A DNA stretch of 64,000 nucleotides from an uncultured Dehalococcoidaceae bacterium (GCA_964468755.1 CAYXWH010000001.1:15148-79147), one strand, 5' to 3'; shown: positions 33,917 through 43,735, numbered from the stretch's first letter. Made by a program: numbers and translations. The notes: a model not told the origin generated them from the letters alone.

Positions 33917-36664
33917 TTATATTTTAGATATCTTTACCCTGGGACTGATGCAGATAGACCCGCTCACCGGGTCGATACTGGTCTCTTCATTCCCGGTAAG
34001 TAAGATGTTATAGTACGTACCCTTCCTGGCATCGGGACTCATCAGTACCGTACCGCTGCCGTAGCACGCCGGGATACCGACTACCTCCGGATGAATGAGT
34101 TCAGTTAGTTTCAGTTTGCCTCCGGTCTTGCCATGCTGCGACTCAATCCGGATTTCGTCCCCGTTCTTGAGCCCTTTCTTCCTGGCGGTCTCGGGATTTA
34201 TCCATACATACAATTCATAGGGGTCCGCTTCACGCAGCTCAGCCAGCCAGGCATTCTCCTGCGTATCACCGGCACCAAAGGGCATAAAGTGAGTCTTCCA
34301 GTTGCACACCCACATATCGTACTCCGGCGGCGCTGACAGCTCCGGATTGGGTATCCAGTAAGGGATAGGCTCATAGTACCTGAAGTAGTCTTCCTGGTCT
34401 TTCCAGTTGGGAAGTTTGGCATTATACTTCTTGAGATTCTCCTTCATCCTGTCGCCAGCCGCCTTCAAAAGGTCGAAGTAAATGGGAAATCTCGTCTGGT
34501 TATCCGGCCAGTAATAATAATTGTAGCCGCGTTTGCCGGTGGCGTCATACTTGTAGATAACACCGTGTTTCAACAGGTCGTCGAAGCTGTACTCGTCACC
34601 AAAGACCTGCTTGACCCGCCGGTCTATCATCTCATCGATAGTATACTTCTTATCCAGGTCCAGCTTGTTTTTGCCCTGGAGCTGGAAGGCCACATTGATA
34701 CAGTCGTTAATGCCACCGGGTCCGGTGCGAAAGCCTGCCCGGTCCGCCAGCTCCATCAAGATGTCATCCATACGTTTGGCATCAAACAGTGGCTGTACCG
34801 GGTTGCGTCCGAGAGCCATAATCAAACCACGGGCGCTATCGTCGATATTTTGATGGACAACCAGGTAGAACCTGGCATACTGCCGCTCAAGGAAGTGGTG
34901 CTCAGGTAGCACGATATCGGCCATCATGGTCGGCTCATCAAAGTTAATTGAAACGGTGACAACAAACGGGACTTTCTGGAAAGCCTTGACAAACAGCTCA
35001 CGGTCGCTGGTGCTGCGGATGGAATTTGCACCGCAGACAAGCATGGTATCCAGCTCATAGTCAAGGTAATATTTCTTCGGGTCCAGCACCGACCGGACTA
35101 AAAGATAGGGGGTAGCATGGGAGTGCGGATAAAACTCGTTCATCCCTACATGGTCCGGCGGGAACTTGAAGGGGACTCCCACCGCCTCCATGATCGGCGT
35201 CACCACGCCATCTTCATTGGGCTGAAGCGTCTCGGCGCACGCCCCGGGATTCCGGTTTCCGGTTATACCGCCGGGTACCTCTACCGAGCCTACCAGCATA
35301 TTGATAATCTTACCGGCAAGGTCGAAATAGGTACCGCCTTTTTGTGACATCGTGCCGCGTCCTGAACCAGCAAACTGGGCGGGACGCAATGGGAACTCAA
35401 AGCCATCTATGGTTATAGTGCTACCAATCTGGGCATGCTCTACGAATTCCTGGGTTACCTCACGGATAGTTGACGCCGGTATGGTGGTGATTTCTTCCGC
35501 CCACTCCGGCGTGTAGTCCTTCATCTGCTCTTTTATCAGCTGCAGTGCCGGTTTCACTTTAACGCCGGCTACCGTGTATTCACCATCAAGGGCATAGTCC
35601 TTGATAGAGGTATCATCAAATGTCTTGGCCTTATTGTCCACCGGGTCCCATACCAGCGGCTTCCCGGTGGCGCTATCCCTGAAGTAATAGCCGTCAGGAC
35701 CAATGAGGTAGGGGCCGTTGGTGCGGTTTTTAACCGACCACTCGTCAAGCTTCTTAATTTCGTAGAAGATGACGTGTATCATGGCCAGGGCAAACGCCAA
35801 CTCGGTACCCGGCCTTACCGGTATCCAGCGATATGCCTTGGACGCCTCAGGAGAAAAGCGGGGGTCAAGGGTAACCAGCTTCATACCGCGGTCGATAGCG
35901 TCCAGGAACCGCTTGGTGGCGTGCGGCGAACCGGCGTTGGGGCCCACCGTTCTGCCGGGAGCAATGAGGTATTTACAGTGTTGCAGGTCGGTAATGTATT
36001 CCGGATGCTGCCCGTGGACGAGGTTGGCTGCATAGTGAATGGCACAGAGCGGGCCGTGAGAAAAGACTTCATTCGGTGTCCCGAAGGCTCTGGAGAAGAT
36101 AAGGCTGCCATGGGTGTAGTTAACACTCTTTTCCCACTCTTTACAGGTAACGAGAAAGTCCTCAGCGGCACCCCAGCCTTCCCATACCGCCAGCTTACGA
36201 GGGTCTTCCTCCCTGATTTTCTTCAGCCGCTGGCCTACCGTGTCCAGGGCTTCCTCCCAGCTAATCTCCACCCAGCCCGGGTCGACATCAGGACCCTTCT
36301 CCGGGTTGGTACGCTTCATGGGAGCTTTTACCCGATACGGATTATACAATCCCTGAACGGCAGCAACGCCCCGGATACAGAGCCTGCCCTGACTCAGCGG
36401 GCTGTCCGGATTGCCTTCGATATTGACTACCACGCCATCTTTGAGGTGGACCCTGGTGCTACAGTCAGCCTGCATGCAGCCCATGCAGTAGCTATATATC
36501 CACTCCTCTTGCGATGAATTCTTCTCGGGCATGGGAGTACCCAGTGTGACCGTGGTCTTGCGTTCGATATCAAGGGATTTACTGAGTGAGGCTAATTCCT
36601 TGGCTGCTGAGGATGTGTGCTGAATTGCTGATTCGTTGTTTTCACCCGCTTTTTTTCTCGGCAT
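33917..36664 (-). CDS. molybdopterin (bis-MGD) oxidoreductase catalytic subunit, DMSO reductase family, without a twin-arginine signal
   Basis: 915 aa. An FS0-type Cys motif CMGCMQADC...C follows a roughly 55-aa polar N-terminal extension with no RR or hydrophobic core. The C-terminal beta-barrel domain reads GDEIRIESQHGKTGGKLKLTELIHPEVVG. Confidence 0.85.
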   Translation of the reverse strand: MPRKKAGENNESAIQHTSSAAKELASLSKSLDIERKTTVTLGTPMPEKNSSQEEWIYSYCMGCMQADCSTRVHLKDGVVVNIEGNPDSPLSQGRLCIRGVAAVQGLYNPYRVKAPMKRTNPEKGPDVDPGWVEISWEEALDTVGQRLKKIREEDPRKLAVWEGWGAAEDFLVTCKEWEKSVNYTHGSLIFSRAFGTPNEVFSHGPLCAIHYAANLVHGQHPEYITDLQHCKYLIAPGRTVGPNAGSPHATKRFLDAIDRGMKLVTLDPRFSPEASKAYRWIPVRPGTELAFALAMIHVIFYEIKKLDEWSVKNRTNGPYLIGPDGYYFRDSATGKPLVWDPVDNKAKTFDDTSIKDYALDGEYTVAGVKVKPALQLIKEQMKDYTPEWAEEITTIPASTIREVTQEFVEHAQIGSTITIDGFEFPLRPAQFAGSGRGTMSQKGGTYFDLAGKIINMLVGSVEVPGGITGNRNPGACAETLQPNEDGVVTPIMEAVGVPFKFPPDHVGMNEFYPHSHATPYLLVRSVLDPKKYYLDYELDTMLVCGANSIRSTSDRELFVKAFQKVPFVVTVSINFDEPTMMADIVLPEHHFLERQYARFYLVVHQNIDDSARGLIMALGRNPVQPLFDAKRMDDILMELADRAGFRTGPGGINDCINVAFQLQGKNKLDLDKKYTIDEMIDRRVKQVFGDEYSFDDLLKHGVIYKYDATGKRGYNYYYWPDNQTRFPIYFDLLKAAGDRMKENLKKYNAKLPNWKDQEDYFRYYEPIPYWIPNPELSAPPEYDMWVCNWKTHFMPFGAGDTQENAWLAELREADPYELYVWINPETARKKGLKNGDEIRIESQHGKTGGKLKLTELIHPEVVGIPACYGSGTVLMSPDARKGTYYNILLTGNEETSIDPVSGSICISPRVKISKI

Positions 36665-37033
36665 CGCTTGTTAGCTCCAGAAATCCGGTTTTCACTATAT
36701 ATGCTGGTTATTAATTACATCAACCAGCATCAGAGCATCACCACTCGCACTCGCATGCTTATTCGGTTCAACATCGAATTCAGCTCGCAGTGGCTGATTT
36801 TATCCAGCAACACCACTTCGCTAGTGAAAGAAGAATGAAGCTCTTCTCTTATTATTATACGTATAGAGTTACGGGAAAGTCAACGAACCAATACCAGTGC
36901 TCAGTCTTCCATTCTGTTTCCAGGTTGGTTCAGGTACGCGCTGTCTTAAAGCAATCCCCGCACCGGAACAATAGCAAGGATGAAGACTACCATGATGATT
37001 GGCCTTCATCCATCGCTCATTAGTAAGCTGTCG

Positions 37034-37384
37034 TTAGCCTACTGGCGGTCTGGTGTTGGGTGGCGGGGGGTTCTTCATGCCGATGCGGAAGTACTCGCCG
37101 GTCGCCTTGCGCTTCCAGCCAACCCGCTGGTTCAACGGGTGCTCCATCCGTATCGCCCCCGGTACCGGACACGGCTCAACACAGCAACCACCAAACCAGC
37201 ACTCATCAGGATAGAGCACTATAGGCGGTTTGCCCTTCTCCAGATTGGGCACCAGCACATCCGTCCGGCATACCTCCACGCAATTATTACACCCGGTACA
37301 GAGCTCCGGGTCGATGATTATTGCCTGGCATGGGGTCATCGGATTGGGGACCATGTAGGCCTCATTGTAGACTTCGCTCACCAT
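37034..37384 (-). CDS. AprB-like 2x[4Fe-4S] ferredoxin subunit, copy 2 (protein identical to 17854-18204)
   Basis: The 351-nt CDS differs from copy 1 only by two synonymous changes, in the third- and fourth-from-last sense codons. Confidence 0.65.
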   Translation of the reverse strand: MVSEVYNEAYMVPNPMTPCQAIIIDPELCTGCNNCVEVCRTDVLVPNLEKGKPPIVLYPDECWFGGCCVEPCPVPGAIRMEHPLNQRVGWKRKATGEYFRIGMKNPPPPNTRPPVG

Positions 37385-37497
37385 TAGACAAGACCTCCTT
37401 AGCTATGCGACTGGCAGCCTTCTGCAAAAATTTATCCATTAATAACGATTATCCAAATATCGCTCAATTTTCGGCAAATACTCTTAATCGTTCTTAT

Positions 37498-37719
37498 CTA
37501 TCCCCAGCTCACTAGCAGCGGCGAACTCTTTTCCGGGGTAACCGTTATCGCATTCGTCGGGCAGTCAAGCACGCAGAATTCGCACAACATGCAGTCTTCA
37601 GGATAGGTAATGACCGCTTTCTTGCTTTTCCTGTCCATCCGAAACACGTCCATGGGACATATTTTAACACATATCCCGCAGCCGTTGCATAGTTCCGGGT
37701 CAATCCTCTCTATCGCCAT
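37498..37719 (-). CDS. 2x[4Fe-4S] ferredoxin (short homolog of the AprB-like N-terminal domain)
   Basis: 73 aa with CNGCGICVKICP and CMLCEFCVLDCP. AGGAGG lies upstream. Confidence 0.8.
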   Translation of the reverse strand: MAIERIDPELCNGCGICVKICPMDVFRMDRKSKKAVITYPEDCMLCEFCVLDCPTNAITVTPEKSSPLLVSWG

Positions 37720-37795
37720 TATACTACCTCCTGCCCATAGAGTTCAAGAATCTCAAGTTAGTCCATGCTACCACCAGTTCAAAAAACAGTGACCA

Positions 37796-39403
37796 CTACT
37801 CTCCGGGAAGCCGCCAGGGATACCTCTGTTCATAGGGCTGGGACAGGTCAGGCCGCCATTCCTGGGGTACCGGCTGCTTAAATACCTTCATCTCACTGTT
37901 TTCCTCCTGCAGCAGTACCCATGCCAGCCAGTTCGCGTCATCCCGGCGGGGATAGTCTTCACGGTAATGGCAGCCACGGCTTTCTGTCCGGAATAGCGAA
38001 GCCCTCAGCCTCATCTCGGCATTCAGAATCATGTTCTTCGTTTCAAGTGCCAAACGCAACTCGTGCGGGTCCCGGGCAAATATTTTTGGAGCCATGTGGT
38101 CTCTCAGGAACTCGGTTATGGTCAATGCCGCTCTCATGCGGTCTTCTTTCTTGATATACAAAATGAAATACGGCATCATGGTGTTCTGTAATACCTGGGT
38201 CACCCACCTCGGACTGAAGCCACCTTTACGCTCCGCCGGCGCCTGGACTATCTTCTTTATCCGGGACACCTCCTGGTCGTCGATTTCCGGCTTCTCTGCC
38301 TGTTTGGCATACCCGGCAGCCGCCACACCGGCAATAGTCCCGGTAACCGAGGAACCGCCGAGCGCACAACCAATGGCACCGTACACAGCACCCATCTGCA
38401 TGGTGCCCAGAGCATCGCCAGCGGCGTAAAGCCCGGAGAGACTGGTGGCACAGCTGGTATCAACCGGCCAGATACCTTCGGCTTTATGGACCGACATGCC
38501 AGAGGAAGCTCCGCCTATCCGTACCGACTTCTCGCCATCAGGCATTTGCGAATATACTGGTGCCCGTCCCGCATGGGCTTCAAACTCCATATCCAGAAAC
38601 AAGGTACCGCGACCGGTTATCTCATTACCCTCGGCATTTAACTGCTTGCCCCGGCGGGGTCCGCCACTCATCCTCTTGGCGAAGCCGAGATATGCCGGGT
38701 GCTCGGCACCGGTGGGGTGCGTATCGGCAAATTCCTTGCCGGTTATCTCAGCACCGGCCCGGTACGCCATGGCATCACCATCCGCCGTCAACGCCGAAAT
38801 GGGCCAGCCCCAGGGCTTGAAACCCCCGGCTCCCGAGCACAGCACCGTCGCCTTTACCCGGAAAACATAAATATCATAACTCTCCATGGGAATGCCGATG
38901 ACACCCACAATCCGGCCGTCCTGCTTCAAAAGGTCGGTGACCATGATTCTGTCCATGAGCTTGACGCCCCGCTTCACCGCCTGCTTCCTCATAAGCTCGG
39001 CAAATACCTTGGCCCCCATATGGGCTGCCCGGCAGGGTCCCAGCATCGATTCGGACCGGAATAGCGTCCCATCTTCATTCTTGCGGAACTCCACTCCCCA
39101 GGAAACGAGGTCCTGGTACCGGGCGTAGGACTCCTTAAAGGCGATTTCCGTCCATTCCCGGTTATTGACATACTGACCCACCCGGCTGACCTGTTCCACC
39201 CAGGCAGCTAAATCATCACCCCACTCCGGGTTAAAGACCGAGTAACTGCCGGCAAACGGGGTTTGCCCTGATTTACCAGCATACCCCTTGTCCACCAGGG
39301 TCACCACTACCCCCTGCTCCTTTGCCTTTATCGCCGCAAAGAGACCGGCTATGCCTCCACCGACTATCAGTACATCCGTCTCTACCACCTTTGCCGCTGG
39401 CAT
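37796..39403 (-). CDS. FAD-dependent oxidoreductase, fumarate reductase/succinate dehydrogenase/L-aspartate oxidase flavoprotein family
   Basis: 535 aa with DVLIVGGGIAGLFAA and the canonical C-terminal RTESRGCHYREDYP motif. Confidence 0.8.
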   Translation of the reverse strand: MPAAKVVETDVLIVGGGIAGLFAAIKAKEQGVVVTLVDKGYAGKSGQTPFAGSYSVFNPEWGDDLAAWVEQVSRVGQYVNNREWTEIAFKESYARYQDLVSWGVEFRKNEDGTLFRSESMLGPCRAAHMGAKVFAELMRKQAVKRGVKLMDRIMVTDLLKQDGRIVGVIGIPMESYDIYVFRVKATVLCSGAGGFKPWGWPISALTADGDAMAYRAGAEITGKEFADTHPTGAEHPAYLGFAKRMSGGPRRGKQLNAEGNEITGRGTLFLDMEFEAHAGRAPVYSQMPDGEKSVRIGGASSGMSVHKAEGIWPVDTSCATSLSGLYAAGDALGTMQMGAVYGAIGCALGGSSVTGTIAGVAAAGYAKQAEKPEIDDQEVSRIKKIVQAPAERKGGFSPRWVTQVLQNTMMPYFILYIKKEDRMRAALTITEFLRDHMAPKIFARDPHELRLALETKNMILNAEMRLRASLFRTESRGCHYREDYPRRDDANWLAWVLLQEENSEMKVFKQPVPQEWRPDLSQPYEQRYPWRLPGE

Positions 39404-39640
39404 TTATGATTCTCCTTTCCCACGCTTTTCAGCAAACAGGCACGGATATAACATCATTCCAAGCCTGCCGAAAGTATGACCGCGCAGCACGGTTTCTCAT
39501 TTTCGATGACGGGAAAAACACCAAGGACAACCCTGCGGACAGCAGAGCCCTCACACCAGGGATGACGCTATCCAGCACATTGTCATATCGACCAACATCC
39601 ATTGTTTTATGCTCGATATGGTAATTTTTTATCCATTTTG

Positions 39641-39669
39641 TTGACATTCTATAACTCAAAAGTGATAAT
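39641..39669 (+). promoter_or_regulatory. sigma70-type promoter TTGACA-17-GATAAT abutting the MFS start codon
   Basis: The -35 is at 39641-39646 and the -10 at 39664-39669. The ATG at 39685 lies 16 nt after the -10 with no SD. Confidence 0.5.
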
Positions 39670-39684
39670 AATACATAACGACTT

Positions 39685-40908
39685 ATGAAGTCAAGCCATT
39701 ACTGCTGGTATATTCTGTCTCTGGCTACGGCAACCCATATATTTGCGGTTGCCATGCCTATGATGTGCATGCCCGTGCTTTTCAGCGAGATAGCCGGTGA
39801 CCTTAATTTGAATCTTGTACAGATAGGCACGGTCTGGGGCGCCGGTTACCTGGCAGGAGCAATCAGCGGTCTTGGTGGCGGCTTGATTGGCGACCGGTAC
39901 GGGACCAAACGCACCCTCATAACTACCTGCCTGCTCGGCGGAATCACCGGAGCACTGCGGGGTATAGCCACCAGTTTCATCGGGCTATCGACAACCGTGT
40001 TCTTCTTTGGCTTCATGACCACCACGATATCATTAAACGCGCACAAAGTTGCCGGCGAACAGTTTTCCAGGCACCGCCTGGGAATTGCCAACGGCATCCT
40101 CTCCGCCGGTATGGGCATCGGCTTTATGCTGGGGTCAATGATCAGCGCCACGGTACTTTCCCCGCTACTCGGCGGCTGGCGAAATGTCCTCTTCCTCTAC
40201 GGAAGTATTTCCATATTATTTGGTTTTCTCTGGTTTCTTCCCGGGCGTGAGCCCGACCAGCTTGAAACCACGCCCTCCCCCACTGTAATCCCGTTTCGCC
40301 AGGCACTAGTGAAAGTGCTCCCCATGAAAAATGTGTGGCTCATTGCCCTGGTTAGAATGTTTTTTACCGCCGCTACTGTGGGATACGCCGGTTACCTGCC
40401 CCTTTTCCTTCGAGGAGTGGGCTGGACGGCAGTCAGTGCCGACGGTGCCCTGGCTGCCGCCACCGGGGTAAGTACGATAGGGGTAATAGCCCTGACCTTG
40501 CTCTCAGATAAGCTGGGGTTGAGAAAAGTGGTCCTCATCGCCACGGCGCTGGTAGTGACTACCGGCATCGGTCTACTCTCAGTACTGCATAATATGATGG
40601 TCTGGCTGATAGTGGTACTGGTGGGCTTTGTCCGTGAAGGATTTGTCGCCACCACCATCACCACAACCATGGAGACCAGGGGTGTTGGCAGCCAGTACGC
40701 CGGAACAGCCCTCGGAATCACCGTAGCCTTTATGAACCTGGGCGGGTTTTTCGGTCCGCCCCTCGGCAATAGTCTGGCAACTATTAATGCCGGCCTGCCC
40801 TTTGCCTTCTGGGCTGCCATGGGAATCATTACTCTATTGGTAATCCTGTTCGTGGAGGAGACGGGGCAAAGGAAAGGCGGTTTGACAAGCACAAATCAGG
40901 TAACATAG
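39685..40908 (+). CDS. MFS transporter (paralog of 42485-43735)
   Basis: 407 aa with 12 TM and an MFS loop motif GLIGDRYGTKRTL. Confidence 0.8.
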   Translation: MKSSHYCWYILSLATATHIFAVAMPMMCMPVLFSEIAGDLNLNLVQIGTVWGAGYLAGAISGLGGGLIGDRYGTKRTLITTCLLGGITGALRGIATSFIGLSTTVFFFGFMTTTISLNAHKVAGEQFSRHRLGIANGILSAGMGIGFMLGSMISATVLSPLLGGWRNVLFLYGSISILFGFLWFLPGREPDQLETTPSPTVIPFRQALVKVLPMKNVWLIALVRMFFTAATVGYAGYLPLFLRGVGWTAVSADGALAAATGVSTIGVIALTLLSDKLGLRKVVLIATALVVTTGIGLLSVLHNMMVWLIVVLVGFVREGFVATTITTTMETRGVGSQYAGTALGITVAFMNLGGFFGPPLGNSLATINAGLPFAFWAAMGIITLLVILFVEETGQRKGGLTSTNQVT

Positions 40909-41076
40909 AATTGAAGACTGCACCTGCGGAAAAGGTTAAAATACTCAATCCGAATTTCACCCCGCTTGTTGAGCGATGTCTTACCCACCCAACGGCAAAA
41001 TACTGCTAACCCGGCAGTTTCCAAAAAAGAAGACGCTGGTCTGTCTTTGAGCTGGAGAGCAAGGAATAAGCCCGGC

Positions 41077-41328
41077 ATGAGTGAAAAGATAAAGGTCCTG
41101 GTTCAAGCGACAATTTTGTTTATTATTACCGTGTTGCTGATATGGCATGCCGTCAACTGGCATGTCACCGGAATGCACCTTCAGATGTTCGACTGGATTG
41201 GGACCGATAAGACCTATATCGCCGTGCTTTACAATTTGGGTTTGATGCTGGTAACCGGCATGGCACTGGGATTCCTTACAGATAGAATTGCTACCCTGCT
41301 AAGGCACGGGAAAAGAGGGGACAAATAA
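41077..41328 (+). CDS. small 2-TM membrane protein preceding the TauE/SafE gene
   Basis: 83 aa from ATG 41077 (MSEKIKVLVQATILFIITVLLIW...). It ends 25 nt before the TauE start. The function is unknown and the call is weak. Confidence 0.35.
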   Translation: MSEKIKVLVQATILFIITVLLIWHAVNWHVTGMHLQMFDWIGTDKTYIAVLYNLGLMLVTGMALGFLTDRIATLLRHGKRGDK

Positions 41329-41353
41329 CCATTAATACTAGTGGTTAAACAAA

Positions 41354-42442
41354 ATGATAACATTCCCAGCATTATCCGGAGTTGAGATCAACGTATTTTT
41401 ACTCGTCTTCATCGGACTTGGCGCCGGGATTCTCAGCGGTTTTTCCGGCGTCGGCGGCTCATTTGTGGTGACACCGGCCCTGATTATTATTGGCTTCCCG
41501 GCCAATTACGCCGTAGGCACCAGCCTTGCCTGGGTTATGGGCAATGCCATCGTCGGCACCTTCCGGCACAGAAAACTGGGTAACGTTGATATGAAGCTGG
41601 GGCTGGTCATTATCGTGGCAGTCATGGGAGGCGTGGAAATCGGGGTGAGAATTATCAACCGGGCTACCGCCGCCGGGATGGCTAACGAGGTAGTACTCTC
41701 CATTTCCACATGTGTTCTGCTTATCGTAGGCACCTATACCCTGCTGGAAAGCATCCGCAGGAAGCGATACCTTGACCGGGCACTGGCTCAAGGGGCCAAA
41801 TCAGCGCCGGAGACAAATGGCACCTCTCTTTCCCGGAAGCTACAGAGCATTTACCTGCCGCCGAGAATACATTTTGCAAGGTCGGGGATTACCATATCCC
41901 TGTGGATTATACTCGCCGCAGGTTTCATCACCGGCATGATAGTGGGTATTATCGGGGTTGGCGGCGGTTTTATTATGGTGCCGTCACTGGTATACCTCAT
42001 CGGCCTGCCATCGTTCATGGCCGTCGGCACTGATCTGTTCCAGATTATCTTCTCCGCCGCTTTCGGTTCTATCCGCCACACCATGAGCGGCAATGTGATT
42101 ATCTTTGCTTCCCTGATTATGCTTATTGCCTCCAGCGTCGGGGTACAGTTCGGGGCACTGGTCACCCGCTATGTACGCGGTGTCTCGGTGCGATTTGTCC
42201 TCGGCCTTACCATAGTAATCGCCGCTGTGGGCGCCATCCTCAAGCTGGCAAATACCCTGGTTACAACCACCACTGTAGGACTTGAGATAGGGTCAATCGT
42301 GGTTATTTTTAGCGGTATGGGAATAGCCATAGTGATAATTGCCTTACTTTTTATTATGGCTCTTCGCTCCCGCTCCGGTCATTCCATTCCACCCTTTATA
42401 AAGGCTTTTCTGGCTACCGGCGGTTCCCCTGCGGAAAAGTAG
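41354..42442 (+). CDS. TauE/SafE family anion (sulfite-exporter family) permease
   Basis: 362 aa with a duplicated 4-TM architecture. GILSGFSGVGGSFVVTP and GIIGVGGGFIMVPSLVYL are the family's G-rich motifs. Confidence 0.8.
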   Translation: MITFPALSGVEINVFLLVFIGLGAGILSGFSGVGGSFVVTPALIIIGFPANYAVGTSLAWVMGNAIVGTFRHRKLGNVDMKLGLVIIVAVMGGVEIGVRIINRATAAGMANEVVLSISTCVLLIVGTYTLLESIRRKRYLDRALAQGAKSAPETNGTSLSRKLQSIYLPPRIHFARSGITISLWIILAAGFITGMIVGIIGVGGGFIMVPSLVYLIGLPSFMAVGTDLFQIIFSAAFGSIRHTMSGNVIIFASLIMLIASSVGVQFGALVTRYVRGVSVRFVLGLTIVIAAVGAILKLANTLVTTTTVGLEIGSIVVIFSGMGIAIVIIALLFIMALRSRSGHSIPPFIKAFLATGGSPAEK

Positions 42443-42484
42443 TCATTCTCTATACCGGCGACTTTATCACACTTTCCGCAAATT

Positions 42485-43735
42485 CTATAAGCGGTCGGAC
42501 GGTATCTCCGCGGTCGCCGACATTCTCACGCCCTTGCCCACCCCGGACTCCCTTATGAAATAGAAGCTAATCAGGGCAACTGCCGCCCACACCGCCCAGA
42601 ACATGAAGGGGACATTCAGTCCGAAGCTGGCAAAGCTGTTGCCCAGCGGCGGAGAGAACACATTGCCAAGCTTGCCAAGGGTATAAATCAACCCCAGTGC
42701 CGTACCGGTATAGGCTGCCCCAACCCCTTCCGTCTCGATAACCATGGTAATATAGAGCGCCATAAAACCATCGCGAGCCATGCCGGCTATCAATACCGCC
42801 ACCCATACCAGCGGGCCGGACACTACCGACAGTAGACCGACGCCGATTACCGCCATCAGGGCAGCAATAAAAAGGAGCGGTTTTCTTATGCCAAGCCGGT
42901 CGGATAACAGGGTGAGCGGGATAGCCGTCGCCATGCTGATTCCGTGGAATGAGGCCAGGGCACCATCGGCACTGGCTGCTGTCCAGCCAATCTCACGCAA
43001 ATACAGTGGCAGATAACCAAGCATCCCCTGATAACAGCCGCCTACACCGAGCACAACGAGAGCGATAACCCACACCTGCTTGATTCGGACCACTCTGGAA
43101 ACCGCCCGGCGGAACGGAACGGTACCGCTATCACCGGAGGCTTGCCCCACCTCAGCGGGCTTCGTTCTAGTCAGAAACCAGAGGAAACTGATAACCAGGG
43201 AAACAGCCCCGTAGAGAAAGAGGACATTTCGCCAGCCACCGAGTAGCGGGGAAAGTACCGTGGCGCTGAACATCGACCCCAGTAAAAAACCCAGCGCCAT
43301 TCCCACGGCAACAACGCCATTGGCCAGCCCCAGACGCTTTCCGGTGAACCACACGCCACAGGTTTTGTGCACTCCCATCGGCACCATTATCGTAGCCAGA
43401 CCGAAGAGCACCACTGTTGCCGCCAGACTGGTAAATCCAACGGCTAACCCTCGTAGTCCACCCGCCAGGCCAGCCAGCAGGCAACCGAAAGCGAGCATGC
43501 GCTTCGTGCCAATCCGGTCACCAATCAGTCCGCCAAATAGACTTACAAAAATACCGGCCACGCCGAACATGCCCCATATCGTGCCTACCTCAACCAGGCT
43601 CAAACCCAGCTCATCAGATATCTCGCTGAAGAGCACCGGCATGCACATCTGGGGCATGGCAACCGAAAAGGTATGGGTAAGCGCTGCCAGAGACAGGATA
43701 TACCATTTGTAGTTTGAGTGATGACTGTTTTTCAT
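42485..43735 (-). CDS. MFS transporter (paralog of 39685-40908)
   Basis: 416 aa. KWYILSLAALTHTFSVAMPQMCMPVLFSEI here matches CWYILSLATATHIFAVAMPMMCMPVLFSEI in the paralog. Confidence 0.8.
   Translation of the reverse strand: MKNSHHSNYKWYILSLAALTHTFSVAMPQMCMPVLFSEISDELGLSLVEVGTIWGMFGVAGIFVSLFGGLIGDRIGTKRMLAFGCLLAGLAGGLRGLAVGFTSLAATVVLFGLATIMVPMGVHKTCGVWFTGKRLGLANGVVAVGMALGFLLGSMFSATVLSPLLGGWRNVLFLYGAVSLVISFLWFLTRTKPAEVGQASGDSGTVPFRRAVSRVVRIKQVWVIALVVLGVGGCYQGMLGYLPLYLREIGWTAASADGALASFHGISMATAIPLTLLSDRLGIRKPLLFIAALMAVIGVGLLSVVSGPLVWVAVLIAGMARDGFMALYITMVIETEGVGAAYTGTALGLIYTLGKLGNVFSPPLGNSFASFGLNVPFMFWAVWAAVALISFYFIRESGVGKGVRMSATAEIPSDRL

Noticed and set aside
27244-36664. Selenocysteine or other recoding in the molybdoenzyme genes
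   Set aside because: Both large catalytic ORFs are uninterrupted over their full expected lengths. I saw no in-frame TGA split and no SECIS-like context.
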